A stretch of 63,757 nucleotides of DNA, counting the filler, from Platydemus manokwari (Eukaryota), in assembly GCA_037951405.1 (NCBI GenBank). It is 6 parts of 6 records of this genome, joined end to end, with 100 filler letters (N's around TTAATTAATTAA, not from the genome) between each part and the next. Parts side by side here need not be neighbours in the genome. Positions count along the whole stretch, not along the records: positions 54,466 to 63,757 come from JBBMOY011271206.1; 5 more parts are not named here. One strand, written 5' to 3'. This document shows positions 63,629 to 63,757 of the stretch, piece after piece (within the stretch, counting starts at the first letter, position 1; every line of letters begins with the position of its first letter). The notes under the pieces were generated by a model. It made no database searches. It saw only the letters and a list, made by a program, of their open reading frames with translations, and was not told the DNA's origin. Made by a program: the position numbers and the translations under genes.

Positions 63629-63757
63629 AAATTTAAAAATCTTTGAAAAAGTAGAAAAATATTTAATATTATAGTATTTAAATTAAAAATTAATAGTATG
63701 GAACCGTTTATTTCAAATAAAAAAGAAATAAACAATTCGAAAAAGGATTGAAAAACT

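Noticed and set aside
1-63757. Prokaryotic systems (CRISPR arrays, operons, defence islands), rRNA or tRNA genes
   Set aside because: Spliceosomal introns and animal genes throughout; no repeat-spacer array or structured RNA gene was recognised.

Overview
This window is very AT-rich eukaryotic (animal) genomic DNA, not prokaryotic. It consists of six contigs joined by artificial 100-bp spacers (44 N + TTAATTAATTAA + 44 N). Genes are cut at these junctions with no visible continuation, so adjacency across spacers is probably not biological. The short GT-AG introns (41-60 nt), AAT microsatellites and a cecropia-type mariner TIR would fit a planarian-like invertebrate (inference only). Host genes, several spliced by hand and missed or split by the ORF track: internal exons of a LIV-1/SLC39A zinc transporter (-), an SRFBP1-like 5-exon gene (-), a 3-exon orphan gene (-), the last exon of an FBXO30/40-like F-box gene (+), the 3' half of an Rb/p107/p130 pocket-protein gene (+), PP1 inhibitor-3 PPP1R11/Ypi1 (-), one SLC4A11-like exon (+), and two intronless paralogous double-RING genes. 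The rest is largely transposon debris: hAT/Buster (one copy with a perfect 8-bp TSD), Tc1/mariner, pogo-like and CACTA-like MITEs, an R2-type RT, gag and integrase remnants, and a small TRIM-like LTR family. The best candidates for something undescribed are (1) the intronless tandem-RING family, in which all four RINGs replace the 8th Cys ligand with D/E/H and both genes have decayed 3' extensions; (2) a decayed REX4/ISG20-like DEDDh exonuclease behind a collapsed LTR-like palindrome and PBS-like motif; and (3) the tRNA-Arg-primed TRIM-like family. No CRISPR, rRNA or tRNA genes were seen. All homology calls are by eye and need database confirmation.
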